A stretch of 63,648 nt of DNA, counting the filler, from Reclinomonas americana ATCC 50394 (taxonomy: Eukaryota), in NCBI GenBank assembly GCA_048213135.1. It is 5 parts of 4 records of this genome, joined end to end, with 100 filler letters (N's around TTAATTAATTAA, not from the genome) between each part and the next. Parts side by side here need not be neighbours in the genome. Positions count along the whole stretch, not along the records: positions 1 to 26,058 come from PS015013.1; 4 more parts are not named here. The stretch is one strand, 5' to 3'. Both the position numbers and the translations under genes were made by a program. Below are positions 1 through 12,952 of this stretch, one piece after another (position 1 is the stretch's first letter; every line of letters starts with the position of its first letter). The notes beneath the pieces are model-generated. The model saw only the letters and a list, made by a program, of their open reading frames with translations, did not search any database and was not told where the DNA came from.

Positions 1-39
1 CTTCCTCCAACTCACTGCACACACACACTCCACACACAG

Positions 40-3000
40 AAAATCGTGCGCGTGTTGGATCACCAACTGACAGTCAAGGGCACTGGGTTTACGACGACCG
101 ACAAGGCGCAGTTTGCGGTCGGTGGACACGGATGCGAGACCGCGGTCGATGACATGGTGGTGTCGACTGTGACGGTGACTGCGGCCGATCCCACCACCAT
201 GGTGGTGGCCATGTTTGCGCATGTGTCGGCAGGCGGGCGCTACTGGTTGTGCGTGCAGTCGCAGGGCATGGGCCCGTGGCTGAATTTCACAAACAGTCAC
301 GTGGAGGTGCTGAGTTGCGTTCGTTTGGACACGCTGCTCTTGTGTCTCTGCTTCTCTTCTTGCTTTGAGGTTCACACGGTGTTTCTTTTTGCGCAGTGGG
401 CATGACGAGCAGCTTTTATCCGCGCCTGCTGGACAACCACGGTCCGAGCATGTTGCAGTTGTATGGCACGGGTCTGCCAATCACCGCGCCGGCGACTGCG
501 TTCCGCTTTATTGATGCCACTGGCGGCAACAACTTTTCGTGCCAGGTGCCTTTTTTTATTTTTGCGCTCCCCTGCTCTCGCTGCGATGCATGTGCTTACT
601 GTGTGCGGCACGCATTCGAAAAAGACCGCGGATCCCAAGCCAGCGATTAACACCATCACCATCACCGCGGTGCCGCAACCGACCGCCGAGCATGTGACGC
701 TGCAGCTGACGCCCACCACCACCTTCTCGGGTCTGGCGTTTCTCTGCGTACTGTGCGTTGTGGTCGATGGGGGTGTGCTGTTGTCGACGGCGGATTGCTG
801 ACTTTTTGAACACAGCTTCCCGGGCATGGACATTTACGAGCCCGCTTCACACGGCGGCGCTGTGCCGTTGCCGATTCACATTACGGAGAACGCCGAACCC
901 ACTCTGACTGGCCTCACGCCGCTGCAGACGAGCCTGTGGTCCTCGATCACTGTCAGCGTGCAGGGCACGCAGCTGAGGTGTGTGTTTCATCGCTTCCCCC
1001 CTTGCCGACAGCCAAGCTGAGCTCGTGACGCGATGCAGCGCGATGGAGGACGTCATTGTCATCAACGCTGTGGGCAACTGCTCGCCGCCCACTGCTTCCC
1101 CGGACTCGGTGGTAAGTATGCACTCCTGTCCGTCATCGTCGTGCAGTGTTTTTCTCACGCTGCTGTCTTTCGCAGATCCAAGGCGTGCCCGACATTGTCA
1201 GCGACACTGCCATTGACTTTATGCTGAAGATCGGCGGTTCGTACAACCTGCAAGTGTGCATCAAGTTCACCGGTCAGGCAGACTACACCATGGTTCCTGG
1301 TGGACCCATTGCGGTGCTCTGTTGCGTTCGCCTCCCTGCGTGTGCACATCCTCTTGTTCTGCCGTCTGACGACGATTCGACTTGTTCTTTTGTTTCACAG
1401 CGCCTTCGGTGAAGACTTTTACGCCGCCGACAATCGCGCCCAACATTCTCACGGTCATCACCTTTACTGGAGACAATCTCGCTGGGTGAGTCGTCTCGCG
1501 GCTGATGTCACTGCTCTCGTCGCCGCAAAAGATCTCACCGCGCATGAGCAGTGGCACACAGCAACTGCTGGTCACCGACGCCAACAACAACTGCGTCGCG
1601 AACTCGGCCAGCATCACGGTCGGAAAGACGGCCGCACCAGATGCCCAGCATCTCACCTTTGAGGGTGCGTTTGCATGCGCTTATTTGTCTTTCATCACGG
1701 CAAGCAGTGCATGACTAAATTCTCCGCTTGTGCAGTGACGACCACGGCCGCTGCTGGCACCAGCTATTCCATGTGCATCAAGTTGCGTTGCGACCGGCTG
1801 CGTGACTCTTGTCACACCTTTAGCGCGTCCAGCTTACCCCGCATGCTGATAATGTAGATACTCTGGCGCTCCGGCCTTCGCCCCGCTGACTGGATCATCG
1901 CTCAAGGTGGCGACGTCCACCCTCACCGGCATCGCGCCGGGACTCGTGTCACTGACTGCGGCGACCACGGTCACCATCTCGGGCACCGTTCTCGGCGGCG
2001 TCACCGACGTGATTGTCATTCAGTCCACACAAACCTGCGCCTCTGGCCAGACGGTCCGTCTCGCCATTTCGCCACTCCCTGTGTCTCTTGTTATCTCGCT
2101 TCCTCCCCCTGACTGGTGTATGTTTGTGCAGCCGCTGGCGCCGGTCACCAAGGTCACTCCGTCTGCAAACCAAGTGACGTTCTCCGTGCAGCCGACCCAG
2201 GCTGGCGTCTACAGCGCATGCGCTCGTCTTGCCACCGGTGCTGCGTACACGGCGGTGCCTGGCACATTCAGTGCTGGCGCCAGCACGAGCGGAGTGCAGC
2301 CGAGCACGATTCCGGTGGTGGCTGTCACCACGATGAGCATCTCTGGCGTGGATCTGGACAACTCGACCGTGCTCACGGTGGTCGCGGCTGGCGAAACGTG
2401 CATGTTCACCAACCCTCCGCCACTTCCTGTTGCGTCTGCCGCCGCCGCCGCTGTGCCCCATCCACCTCCGATCTCCACTCACTGCTGTCGCGTGTAGAAC
2501 GGCTTGCAACTGTCGAACTTTGCCGTGGTCTCGCCGCAGCTGCTCACCATTGGCGTGAGCGCGCCGTTCCCCGCCGCCAACTACAAGTTCTGCATCATGC
2601 TGTCGCCGGCCGGCTACTCGGATGTGACGAATGGCGGCTTTGCGGCCGCGGTGCCGACCGGAACCAAGATCACACCCGATCAGGTGCCGCTCGGCATTGC
2701 TTCCACCGTCACTGTGCTGGGCACGCTGTTCTCGCCGCTGGTGAAGATCTCGGCCGTGCTGCCCAGCGACACATGCGTGACGCAGACGCCCAATACGCCA
2801 GTTTCGTGTGCATCGTGAATCAGTGTGTATGTGCGTGCGTGTTCTCATCTATTGCACGCGACACAGGCGTGGGTCACCATCAACAACCTCATGCTGGTGT
2901 CGTCAAGCTCCATCACGGTCACTGTGCTCGGCCAGAACACTGTCGGCATGGTCAAGTTCTGTCTGCAGGCGTTCCCCAACTCCAACTACATGGATGTGCA

Positions 3001-5256
3001 GAATGGCGTGCTCTTCATCGCGCCAGGAGCACTCACTGCCAACGCCTTCCCCATGAACATTGGTGTCAGCGTGCAGACGCAAATCAGTCTGTACGGCAAC
3101 AACCTGTACGTGCAAGATTCGCAGCTCTTCATCCTCGACGATGGCGTGGCGTGCGACAACATGGTTTGTCGGGCTCATTTTTTCTGCTGTCTGCATTGTG
3201 CTGCGCGGTCTCATTATCTCTTCTCGAACAGGACACTGTTACCGGTTCGCAGTACGCCACCGTGGGCCCGCTGACGGGAGGCCCGTCCACCATGTTCGCG
3301 CAGATCACGGTGTCGCAAGCTGGCAACTACATTCCGTGCATGCGTGTCACGGGCGCGCCCAAATTCAAGACTGTCCCCGGCAGTCCGCTGATGGTGTTGG
3401 GTGAGTGGCTTTCCTCGTGCGATGTGAATTTGTGAAGGGCGGGTGCTGAACGGTTNNNNNNNNNNNNNNNNNNNNNNNNNNNNNNNNNNNNNNNNNNNNN
3501 NNNNNNNNNNNNNNNNNNNNNNNNNNNNNNNNNNNNNNNNNNNNNNNNNNNNNNNNNNNNNNNNNNNNNNNNNNNNNNNNNNNNNNNNNNNNNNNNNNNN
3601 NNNNNNNNNNNNNNNNNNNNNNNNNNNNNNNNNNNNNNNNNNNNNNNNNNNNNNNNNNNNNNNNNNNNNNNNNNNNNNAACTGACGCTCTGCACGTCGCC
3701 GGGGGTGATGACTGGCGTCGCATTCGGGCCACGGAACTTGACGCACACAATGAAGCTGCCAGCCTACGCACACACGGTATATCGCTGTGTCAGTGCACAC
3801 GCGACTGCAAACGCGTGCCTGGTGTGCGCAACTTGCAGCGGCGTCACCGGCACCACCAGTGTCAGCGTTGTGCGAGTCAGCGTCACCGTGCCGACCTGGA
3901 TCTTGGCCGAGTTGGCATTGGCATTGGTGCATGCGTCGGCAAGGACCTGCACAAGAAAAAATAGAAGCACCGGGGTGGTGAGTCGAGTGGAGCAGTTGCT
4001 GCTGTTGCGCCTGGGGTGCACACAGACCCTGTTGCGAGACGACGGCACGTCAATCACGTACACCGTGTCGTACGCGGTCAGTGCATTGCCGGAGACCACG
4101 ATACTCGTCTGCACGTTGAGGGCCAGAGTCGGTGCCTCGATGGATGTCGGTTGAGGAACTGTGCGACTCGCNNNNNNNNNNNNNNNNNNNNNNNNNNNNN
4201 NNNNNNNNNNNNNNGCGTGACTGGTGACGTGTGCGTTCCGTCAGCGCTTCATCATTCCGCTCACGATGCTGCTAATGATCACCAGGCCCGCAAGCCACCG
4301 AGTTTGTGCCGCACCTGACGTTCTCGTCGCCGGCCTTTGTGCATCAGGTGACGGTCACCGGCCAGGGTCTGTCGTACCTCGACTCTGTGGTGGTCATCAA
4401 CGCGGCCGGCGCGTGCACCAATCCTGTGTTCGCCGACGGTGTTTCGATCAACACACCGTTCACGAGCACCGACGCCACGCAGCTGTACTTTGGTCTCACT
4501 GGTGCGTGTTTCGGCGTGTATCCATGCATGCGCTCGCACTCCACTCACCGACTGTGTCACCAGTGAATACGGCCGGCACCTACTCGTACTGCATCAAGTA
4601 CCCGCAGACCACCGCCTACGTGCCCATTGGCTCCTCGTTCTCCGTGCAGCGGTTGTACGTCAGCGATTTCTCGCCGTCGTTGATCCCCACCAGCCAGTCG
4701 AGCATCAGTGTCACCATCACTGGCTCGGCACTGCGTGCGAGCGACATGATTCGTGTGATCCCCTGGACGAGCCCGTGCATGGGTACCGACCTCGTCAACG
4801 CCAATGGCATCCAGATCGGCGCCGTCAGTTGCGTTCTCTCTCGTACATCTCATTTGCGTGTGGCAGTCGATCTCACCTCGTGACGCACAGCTGCCAATCC
4901 GAGCGGCTCGAGTCTGGTGGTGCCGGTTATGGCGAACACGCCCGGTACTTACCGCATCTGCATTCGCTTCACGGAAACCGTTGAATTCGGTGGCATTGTG
5001 GGTGGCCAGCTGGTGGTCGAAGGTCTACCACCGTTTTGTCGTTGTCTGCTTTTGTGTGGTCTTTCCGTCGTTGACCCCCTTGCGTGTCTCAGGTTCCAAT
5101 GGCAGCGGTCTGTCGCCTGGCGTCCTGGCCGTGGTCATCATTGTCCCCATTGTGGCTGTGGCGGTCCTCGTGGTGCTCGGCTTGTGGTGGTGGCGCCGAC
5201 GTCGCGCACCGCGCAATGTCGACGCCTCGGACACGGGTCCGTACGGCACCCTGTGA
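40..5256 (+). CDS. Large single-pass surface protein with tandem IPT/TIG-like (Ig-fold, 2-Cys) repeats; 5' partial, about 20 exons
   Basis: Spliced GT-AG exons give repeats such as 'TFTPPTIAPNILTVITFTGDNL...C...AGTSYSMCIKY' and 'DFSPSLIPTSQSSISVTITGSAL...C...PGTYRICIRF'. A C-terminal TM segment 'VLAVVIIVPIVAVAVLVVLGLWWW' is followed by RRRR. One repeat lies on an inverted contig (3679-4171). Confidence 0.75.
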
Positions 5257-5405
5257 GCCACAGCTCGACATCGAGGCCCTTCCACTGCTCCTTTTCCTCT
5301 GGTGGACTATGAAATGAATCGCTCAACGCCGCTGTTTTGCCACTTGGTTGAGTTGTCTTCAGCGACGTCGTATGCGTCCTGCAGTCACGTTCATCAGACA
5401 CCGCA

Positions 5406-7906
5406 ATGGCATCGTCGCCCCGATCGCCACCGTCGCTGAGCCGCTCCACACCACGCTCTCCACCAGCCGCGTCCTCAGTTCGCTCACCATCCTCCCTCGG
5501 CAGCGGGAGTGGGAGTGGAGGCGGCTCGCCACCACGATCTGCACGACAAGGCGCCTCGCCCAGCGCCAATGTGGCAGCCGCCGCAGCTGTGGCCGCAGCT
5601 GCATCGCCGGCGACCACCGACGGCAACGCAGCACGTCGAGCCAATCAACTCTTGACTGCGGCAGTGGAGCGATGTCGACGCGGCAGCAAAGAGGTGTGTG
5701 CGTGGATTGGCGCGCACTCTCCAACAATCGTCTTCAGTCTCACTCTCTCGCTCTCTCTATGTGTGTGCGCAGGTGGATTTGTCGATGAAAGCACTGGGCG
5801 GTTTGCCGATTGGAGAGAAGCGTCTACAGGAGGCATGCAAGCAGCTGTCATCTCTCGACGTGCAACGACTGAACATGTCGGGTGTATCTGGTATTGAATA
5901 CTTCATCTCTCTCACACAACACGCACGCGCGTGTGTGCACTGCTCTCATGCCTGGCTCGTGGCAGTGTTTGTGCGAAACTCGCTGGGAGACACGCAGGCG
6001 CGCCTCATTGCACGATCGTTTTCTCGACTGACGACGCTGGTGATATCCAACAACGAGGTCCGTCTTCTTCCTCTGTCATGCTCGCTCTCGCCCATGTGCA
6101 TGCTGATGGTGAGACGCCACACTGCAGATCTCGTTCGAGGGTGTGCGCTTCCTGGCCACCGGCTGCCCGAACCTCACTCATCTGGATGTTGCGTCGCGCT
6201 TCATGCCACGCACTCCAGCTGTCCCTCACCGGCCTCTCACTCTGCGCGCGACCTCAGATATCGTACAACATCATCGCATGCGACGGTGTCAAGGAACTGG
6301 CGTCGCGACTGCCGCACCTGACCTGGCTCGATGTGCGAGGCAACGATGTCGGCAACGATGGCGCCGCTGTTATCGGCGAACAGATGCCTCAACTTCGTTT
6401 TCTGAGTATCGAATGTTGCGTTTTTTTTTTGTGGGTGCCTCCGATCCATCGTGGTGCTAACACCAGCTGCGGGGCGGTGCAGCCAATGTGATTGGCACGG
6501 TCGGCACCATGGCTCTCGCCAAGCTGTGCAATTTGACAGAGCTGAGTCTCAGCGGCAACTCGATCGGCGACGGCGGCTGCTACGTTCTCGGGCGCACCTC
6601 GTCTCCACTCAAGAAGCTCAACATGTTGCGTTGCACGTCAAGTGTGCGCAGCTCACAATTTGTCACTCACACGAGTGCATGTGCCATTGCAGATCATGTA
6701 TGTGTGCATATCGTGCTTTCATCATCACCGTTCTCCTCACGATGCTCACTTGCGCAGACAATGTCGTCACACACACTGGCCTGATCGACGTGCTGCGCTT
6801 TCTCACCATGCTTTCGTCGCTGAATCTGCGAGGATGCGAGATCGGTCCCTCGGCCGGCTACGCGATCCAGGAGTACTTGTCGCCGCACCTGACCGACCTG
6901 GACCTGGCCTACAACAACCTGAACGACTCGAGCATGGAAGACATGGCGGTGGGAGCCACGACGACACTCATCGGATTGCGCACGCTTATTCTGCGCGGCA
7001 ACAGCATCGCTGACGAGGGTGCCAGGCATTTGGCGCAATTCCAACAGCTCACCACCCTCGACATCTCCTGCAATCCCGTGGGAGCAGCGGGTGTGGCGGC
7101 TCTTGGCCGCGGTCTGACACGACTCAAGACACTACACATTGGGGAGGTGAAGTGGGCCTGGGACTGTGCAGCGGAGCTGGCACGCGGTCGATGGACGTCC
7201 ACGCTGCGAACGTTGGATGTGCGTGGCACGTTTGATTTGAGTGACGGCGAGGCGAGGCTCATGCTCGAGTGCTCCAATCTCACCGCCCTCAACATTTCCT
7301 GTTGCGTCGCATCTTCTTGCTTGTCTCTCTGCTTGTGTATATTCACGGCATGCTTCTATTTTCTGCAGCCACGGGAGTCTCACGGAATGCCGCACGCGGT
7401 CTGGCCATGCAGCTGCCGCTGCTGGTCAAACTCGACACCACCGACGGTTTGCAACCAGTGCAAGTGTGCAGTGGCGCTCCGTCTGCTCCTCACCTTCTAC
7501 GCCCGCAGAGGAGATTCGTCTGGCTGCGCAGCCGTATTTGGCACTCAACTACGAACCGTTCCGTAGATTGTTGCACTCGTTGCTGTGCGATGGTGCTGAC
7601 TCTCCGCTCCGCAGCTTCCTCATCGAACGTGCCCGCTCGGTGCTGCTGTCTGCGCAACGAAAACAACAGCTGATCAGCAGCGGCAGCAGTAGTGGCGGCG
7701 GAAGCACACGAGGCGTGGATGCCGACGCCGGCTCTCAGTCGTCGGACGTCGACACGCCGCACAGCACCGGCACCGAGGCTTCACCGTCGCAGTTCCGCAG
7801 CCAGCCGGCCAACGGCTTTGACATAATACGAGTGCTGGACATTGTGCTGACGCAGACGCTGAACGAGCGCTCACGGAGAGTACGCGCGGCTCGCGATCCC
7901 ACATGA
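5406..7906 (+). CDS. Leucine-rich repeat protein (RI-like/AMN1-like LRRs) with Ser/Pro-rich N-terminus
   Basis: Repeated LxxLxLxxNxIxxxG motifs after splicing: LTHLDISYNII, LTWLDVRGNDVGNDG, LTELSLSGNSIGDGG, LTDLDLAYNNL, LRTLILRGNSIADEG, LTTLDISCNPVGAAG. Includes a 5-nt micro-exon at 6693-6697. Confidence 0.85.
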
Positions 7907-8002
7907 TGCACTCGCAAGGTGCAGCGTCCACTCCAGTCGTCTTTACAGTCTCTCCTTCTTTGTTGGCATCGTTCAACAAAAAAACACCAGCGAATTATTG
8001 TT

Positions 8003-10277
8003 TTAGTACAGTGTGGCATTCCTAAATGACACGAATAATCTCGACGAGCCGGTAAAGTCGACTCCGCGCAGCGTAGCACGCTCAAACGTCGCGTTCTGCA
8101 GGTCGGCATCGCGAAAGGTCGAGTGCGTGAGGATGGCCGCGGAGAAATCGCCGCCAGCCAGCTTGGCCGACGTGAAGTCGCAGTTGACCAGCTTGGCCTC
8201 CACAAACAGACGCCGCTGCTTGTCGTCGTAGCACGCTGTGCGGCGAGGTAGCAGTGAGTCGAGAATTGGCCCGGCGATGGAAGGCCAGTGGGAGAACGCA
8301 CAGAGATCGCAATGTCGAAACGAGACGCCCGACAGGTCCGCGTGACTGAAATTGATGACAGTGAGGTGTCGCAGCTGCAGCGAGCCAAAGGCGGTGGTGC
8401 GGAGGTCGCAAAAGGTGAGCTGCAGGGTGCCACCAGGTGGCGCTTTGCTTATCAGTCGACACAATTCGTCTTGTGCGACCACACTGCGAGTGGCAGTCGG
8501 GGTGTGTGATGCCGACCGAGCCAGTGCCTCCTTTTCGCGGTGCTCCTTGATGCGACGCAGACGACGCCCGACAGCGCGTCGCAGTCCATCCAGAGCAAAA
8601 AACTGCGCCTCCACAAACAGCTGCTTCAGGCAGCGTTCGTCGGTGGGATCGACATCCAGCACGCCTCCGCGGCCATCCACACAAGTGCGCAGGAAGCGCA
8701 AGATGTGGCGAAACAGATCGGGCTCACGATCCAGGAACACCTGCCGCACCACATCGGTGAGTCTCATCGGCGTCGCGCTTTCCATCTCTCCGTTGCCGAC
8801 AAGGAACAAACCCGTCCGTGCGAATCAGTGGCAAGATCGAAGCGACCGGAGAACATGGCGGCGAGCATCGAGTTACCGTCGCGACTCAGCGTGTCGCGCG
8901 AGGTCACAAATGTCTCGCCGCCCACATTCAGCTCCACCATGGTCTCCGACCCCGTTGCCGCTCGCGAACCGCCATTCAACACTTGCACAAAGTGCAGCGG
9001 ATCGGTGGACTCGCACACCGGCGCCAGCTCCTGCATCGTCGTCACGGTTTGAGAGACTGCATCCACAGCCATCACACCACCACGCTCTTCTCTTCTTACG
9101 CAACATCCGGCTCCCACTCCAACTCGTACACCTGCGTGTTGCTCGAGGCGCCACTGTCTCCCCTGCCTCGGCTCCCTGCAGAAGCCGCGGCTGTCGACGA
9201 GGAAGGTGCTCGGCCGGCGGCCACTGCAGCCGCTGCCGCCGCCGCTGCTGCAACAGCAGACGTCGACATGGGTCCACTGCTTGTCGAGCGCGGCCGGCTG
9301 CGCAACGCCCCCGCACCGCCCAGCGGCTGCACATCGTCGCCGACCGACAAATACACCATGTCTGCTTGCCGCATCCGCTCACCGGCCGCCATGGCCGCCG
9401 CCTCCTCCGCCTCCGCCTCGGCCTGTCGGCTCGCATCGCCACCGCTTTCATCGCCATCACCGTTGCCATCAGCAGCAGCAGCAGCAGCAGCACCATAGTC
9501 GTCGTCTGAATCCTCATCGGATCCCGTGCCTGACTCCCACGACGGCGTCGACGGCCGCACAGCAGCCGCCTGTGCACCTGTGACGACAACAGGCTCCTCC
9601 CTGCGTGAGCATCGCGGGTGAGCACAGTGTGTCACTCACAATCCTCCCAACACCAGACGCAACTGGATTGGCGGCGGCTGATGCAGCGGCGGTGGCGGTG
9701 GTGGTGGTGGCAGCGGTGGTGAGGACGGCGAGTGATGCGAAGACAGAGGTCCAGCGGCCGCCACGGCACCAGCTGCGTGATAGCTATGATGATGATGAGG
9801 TCGATGCACACGCGCCGCCGATGGTGGCGACGAGGAGATGGGTGGCATGGAGGCAGCAGCCGCCGATGAAGACGACACAGACATGGCGGAGGCGGAGGAG
9901 GCCTGCGCGGCAGCAGCAGCAGCTGCGGCCGCCACTGCTGCTGCGGCCGCGGCGGCCACCTCATTGCCGGTGACTGCGAGCAGTGCAACCTCGGGTGAGC
10001 TGGCTTCGCGGGGCATCATTGGGCCGCCACGGTCGGGCGGAGGGAATGCGTGGAGTCGACGAGGCCGTGAGCGACCAGCGCCAGTGCCTGTGCCGCCGCC
10101 GCCGCCGCCGCGGTGCTCGTCGTCGTCGTCGTCGTCGTCATCGTCGTCTTCGTCTTCTTCTTCGTAGGGTTCGGTGCTGTCGACGTTGCCGGTGGAGAGG
10201 AAGGAGGCGAGGTCGTCGATACGAGAGGTCAGCTCGATGGAGGGTCGAGGCGCACCCGCTGCATCCTCCCCGCTCAT
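8003..10277 (-). CDS. KCTD/T1-type BTB domain plus pentapeptide-repeat protein (KCTD9/FIP2-like) with long low-complexity N-terminus
   Basis: 'VELNVGGETFVTSRDTL...SMLAAMFSGRF...GR|VFLDREPDLFRHILRFLR' is a T1-BTB signature. The C-terminus has A[D/N]L/F pentapeptide repeats (FSHADLSGVSF, DFTSAKLAGGDFSAAILTHSTFRDADLQNATFERATLRGVDF). Four in-frame introns. Confidence 0.85.
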
Positions 10278-10318
10278 CGGACTTGCAAAGCAATAAAGGA
10301 CAAGTGTGGATGATGATT

Positions 10319-12700
10319 TCATTTAGTCGACGACGATGCGACGGAGCTGTTAGTTGCATCGCCGTTGGTGTGTCGTTGCTGCGTTGACGGCGGCTTGCCA
10401 CGTGTGGCGAGCTGCTGTGGCACTTGAGCGTTGCTTGCGGCACTGCGGCACATGGCCTGCACCGAGCGCGTGCGGCGACGCTCGTCGTCCAACATGAGCC
10501 GGTGTTTGTCGACGTCCTGCTTCATGGCCTCCAGAGACTGCCGTGCCAGTTCCGTGGCCTTGAACCCGAGAGTCTGTCAAATGATTCATCAGCACCACCG
10601 CGGCGACAGGCGACGAGAGGCAAGCACAACGCAACGGCGACCAAGGCATGAATCTCCGACTCTTCTCGAACAAAATGCAACTGTACACGCTCGAGAATGT
10701 CGCGCTTCTCCTTCACAATCGCCTGCATTCCACATCAGCAAGTAAGGAACACGGTCGCACATGTGCAAGAGAAGACGTCCAAGGTGCACACCTCGGGATC
10801 AAACACGGGTGACCGCTGCGACAGCCGAGTGCCGCCCAGGCGCGACGGACTCGCCGACGGCGCTGCACTCGGACTGAATGGCGCCGTGAGCGCAATCCCT
10901 GCAGGCTCTCCGCCTTCAGGAGCTGCGCCGTCCGGGGGCGGCTGTGGCTGTCCCGCAACGGTGAGACAGAGAGAGGGAGAGAGGGAAAGGGAGTGCAAGG
11001 CGCGACGGAACTTGCGCATCGGCAGCCTCGACCGCGCTCAGTGTGTTGGCCGTGCTGCGTGCAATGTCCTCGGCCACAGCTGCCGACTTGAACAACTCTG
11101 AGAACTTGCGCTGCGCTTGTGGTCGCGTTCGACTGCCAGCAAGACAGGCGCGGAGTGAGTCGACAACACAGCAAAATGACAGGATGTGCGCGACACGCGC
11201 AACTTGGAGAGAGAAGNNNNNNNNNNNNNNNNNNNNACGAGGCTGGTGACTGTAACCGCGCTGGATCCATGCACGGGACGAGGAGTGCACTGTCGGGTAC
11301 GGGTAGGTCAGCGGGCTGGTCGTCACGATGCAGTTGCACTTGAATCAAGAACTCCTGCGCCGGCAAGTGTCAACGCCCAGCACAATGCATACACACGCCA
11401 TGACGGGTGGCCTGCACTCACCGGTAGACACAGGCTGTTGTCGGCATAATAGTACGTTTGGGTGCTCTCATCGAGAACCGTGTTAAAGTCGCCGCTCTGC
11501 AACAGGTTGGCCACCACGTGCGGCGGCGCCGATTGACATCGACACAACTGCTCTCGACAATTGAGCCAGAGCCTGCTCAAAACGTGAGAACGCGACTCGC
11601 ACACACCTTGCCAAGAAATACTTTACACAGGAAAAAGTAGCGGAAGCGACCGGCCTCGTGCTCGTTCTCCATCGCTAATGAATGGCTGCGCGGAGGCGTC
11701 AGGAGAGGCAAGCACACATGCGTGCACTTCGAAGCAGCAGTGCACCGTGTGAGGCCGGTAATGTCTTGTTGTACAGCGGCGGCACGCCGCAGGATCTCGA
11801 GCACCACACGCTTGTCGCCCGTGAGACCCGTGATGTAGTCGGGCAGCCTGCGCAGCGATCACTCGGTGAGACAGGAGATCGCACCGGCGAGTTGAACATG
11901 AAGCGCCTTCTCACGCAACACCACGTCAAAGTCGACAGGCATCACATCGTGGAACACGGCGGGATCGGTGTGTGTGCCAACGACACAGATGCGAGCCACA
12001 TCCGACACCTCGCACTGCAGAAAGAGACCCTTGAAGAGATTGATCTCCACCTCCAGCCGCTGCTCCAGACACACATCCTCCACCGTCTGCTGGAAGTCGC
12101 GCTTCAGCACCGAGTTCTCCATCTGGTACACGTTGGTGACGCGCACAGAGAGATCCTTGCTCGGATCGGCCGACGGCCTCAAGCTGGCCATGATGGCATT
12201 CGCACACTGTCGCCCCACCCGATCAACGCTCAGCTTCCACGACGACGACACGACAACAACAACACAAGACACGTGCGCGCAACTCGTTCAAAGAGCGCAT
12301 GCCCTGGTCTGACATACACCAGATTGGCACGCCGGCCGGTCTCTCGATACACGTGCTTGCCGATCTCACTGAGCACACCGGCACACTGCACGGCACTCTG
12401 CACATTTTTCATCGCATTGATCTTCTTGACCGAGTAGGCCAGCCGCATGTCGCGCTCCCGTTCCAGCTTGGTGAAGAAGGTGACCATGAGACGCATCAGA
12501 CTAAAGTCGACCTCCTTGAAACGACGCACAAAGTGCGTGCGCTGCATCGAGTCTTGCAGTCGCGACGAGGTCAGACACGCCATCACTCGTCGTCGCAGGC
12601 GTCGCCTGCGCGCAGCCAGCCACTGAATACGGTTCTCCGACTCGCTCTGTGAGTGCTTCTTCCACTGCCGAAAGTAGCGCACGAGCTCGTCAAAGGCCTC

Positions 12701-12797
<97 letters not shown>

Positions 12798-12859
12798 AGA
12801 GAGTAGTGTGTGTGTGTGTNNNNNNNNNNNNNNNNNNNNCGTCGTACGTACGTACGTCG

Positions 12860-12952
<93 letters not shown>

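Noticed and set aside
314-320. GTTGCGT donors as U12 (minor) introns or non-GT donors
   Set aside because: They do not match RTATCCTT, and reading frames place the cut before GT, not before TT.
5881-5975. Possible second stwintron in the LRR gene (G-GTGTAT...CAG-TGTTT)
   Set aside because: A single GT-AG intron already keeps the frame, and no suitable downstream acceptor exists for an outer intron.
8352-9509. Long antisense/overlapping ORFs (also 19282-20331, 27757-29118, 47652-49736)
   Set aside because: Shadows of GC-rich coding sequence or N-runs; no independent protein signal.
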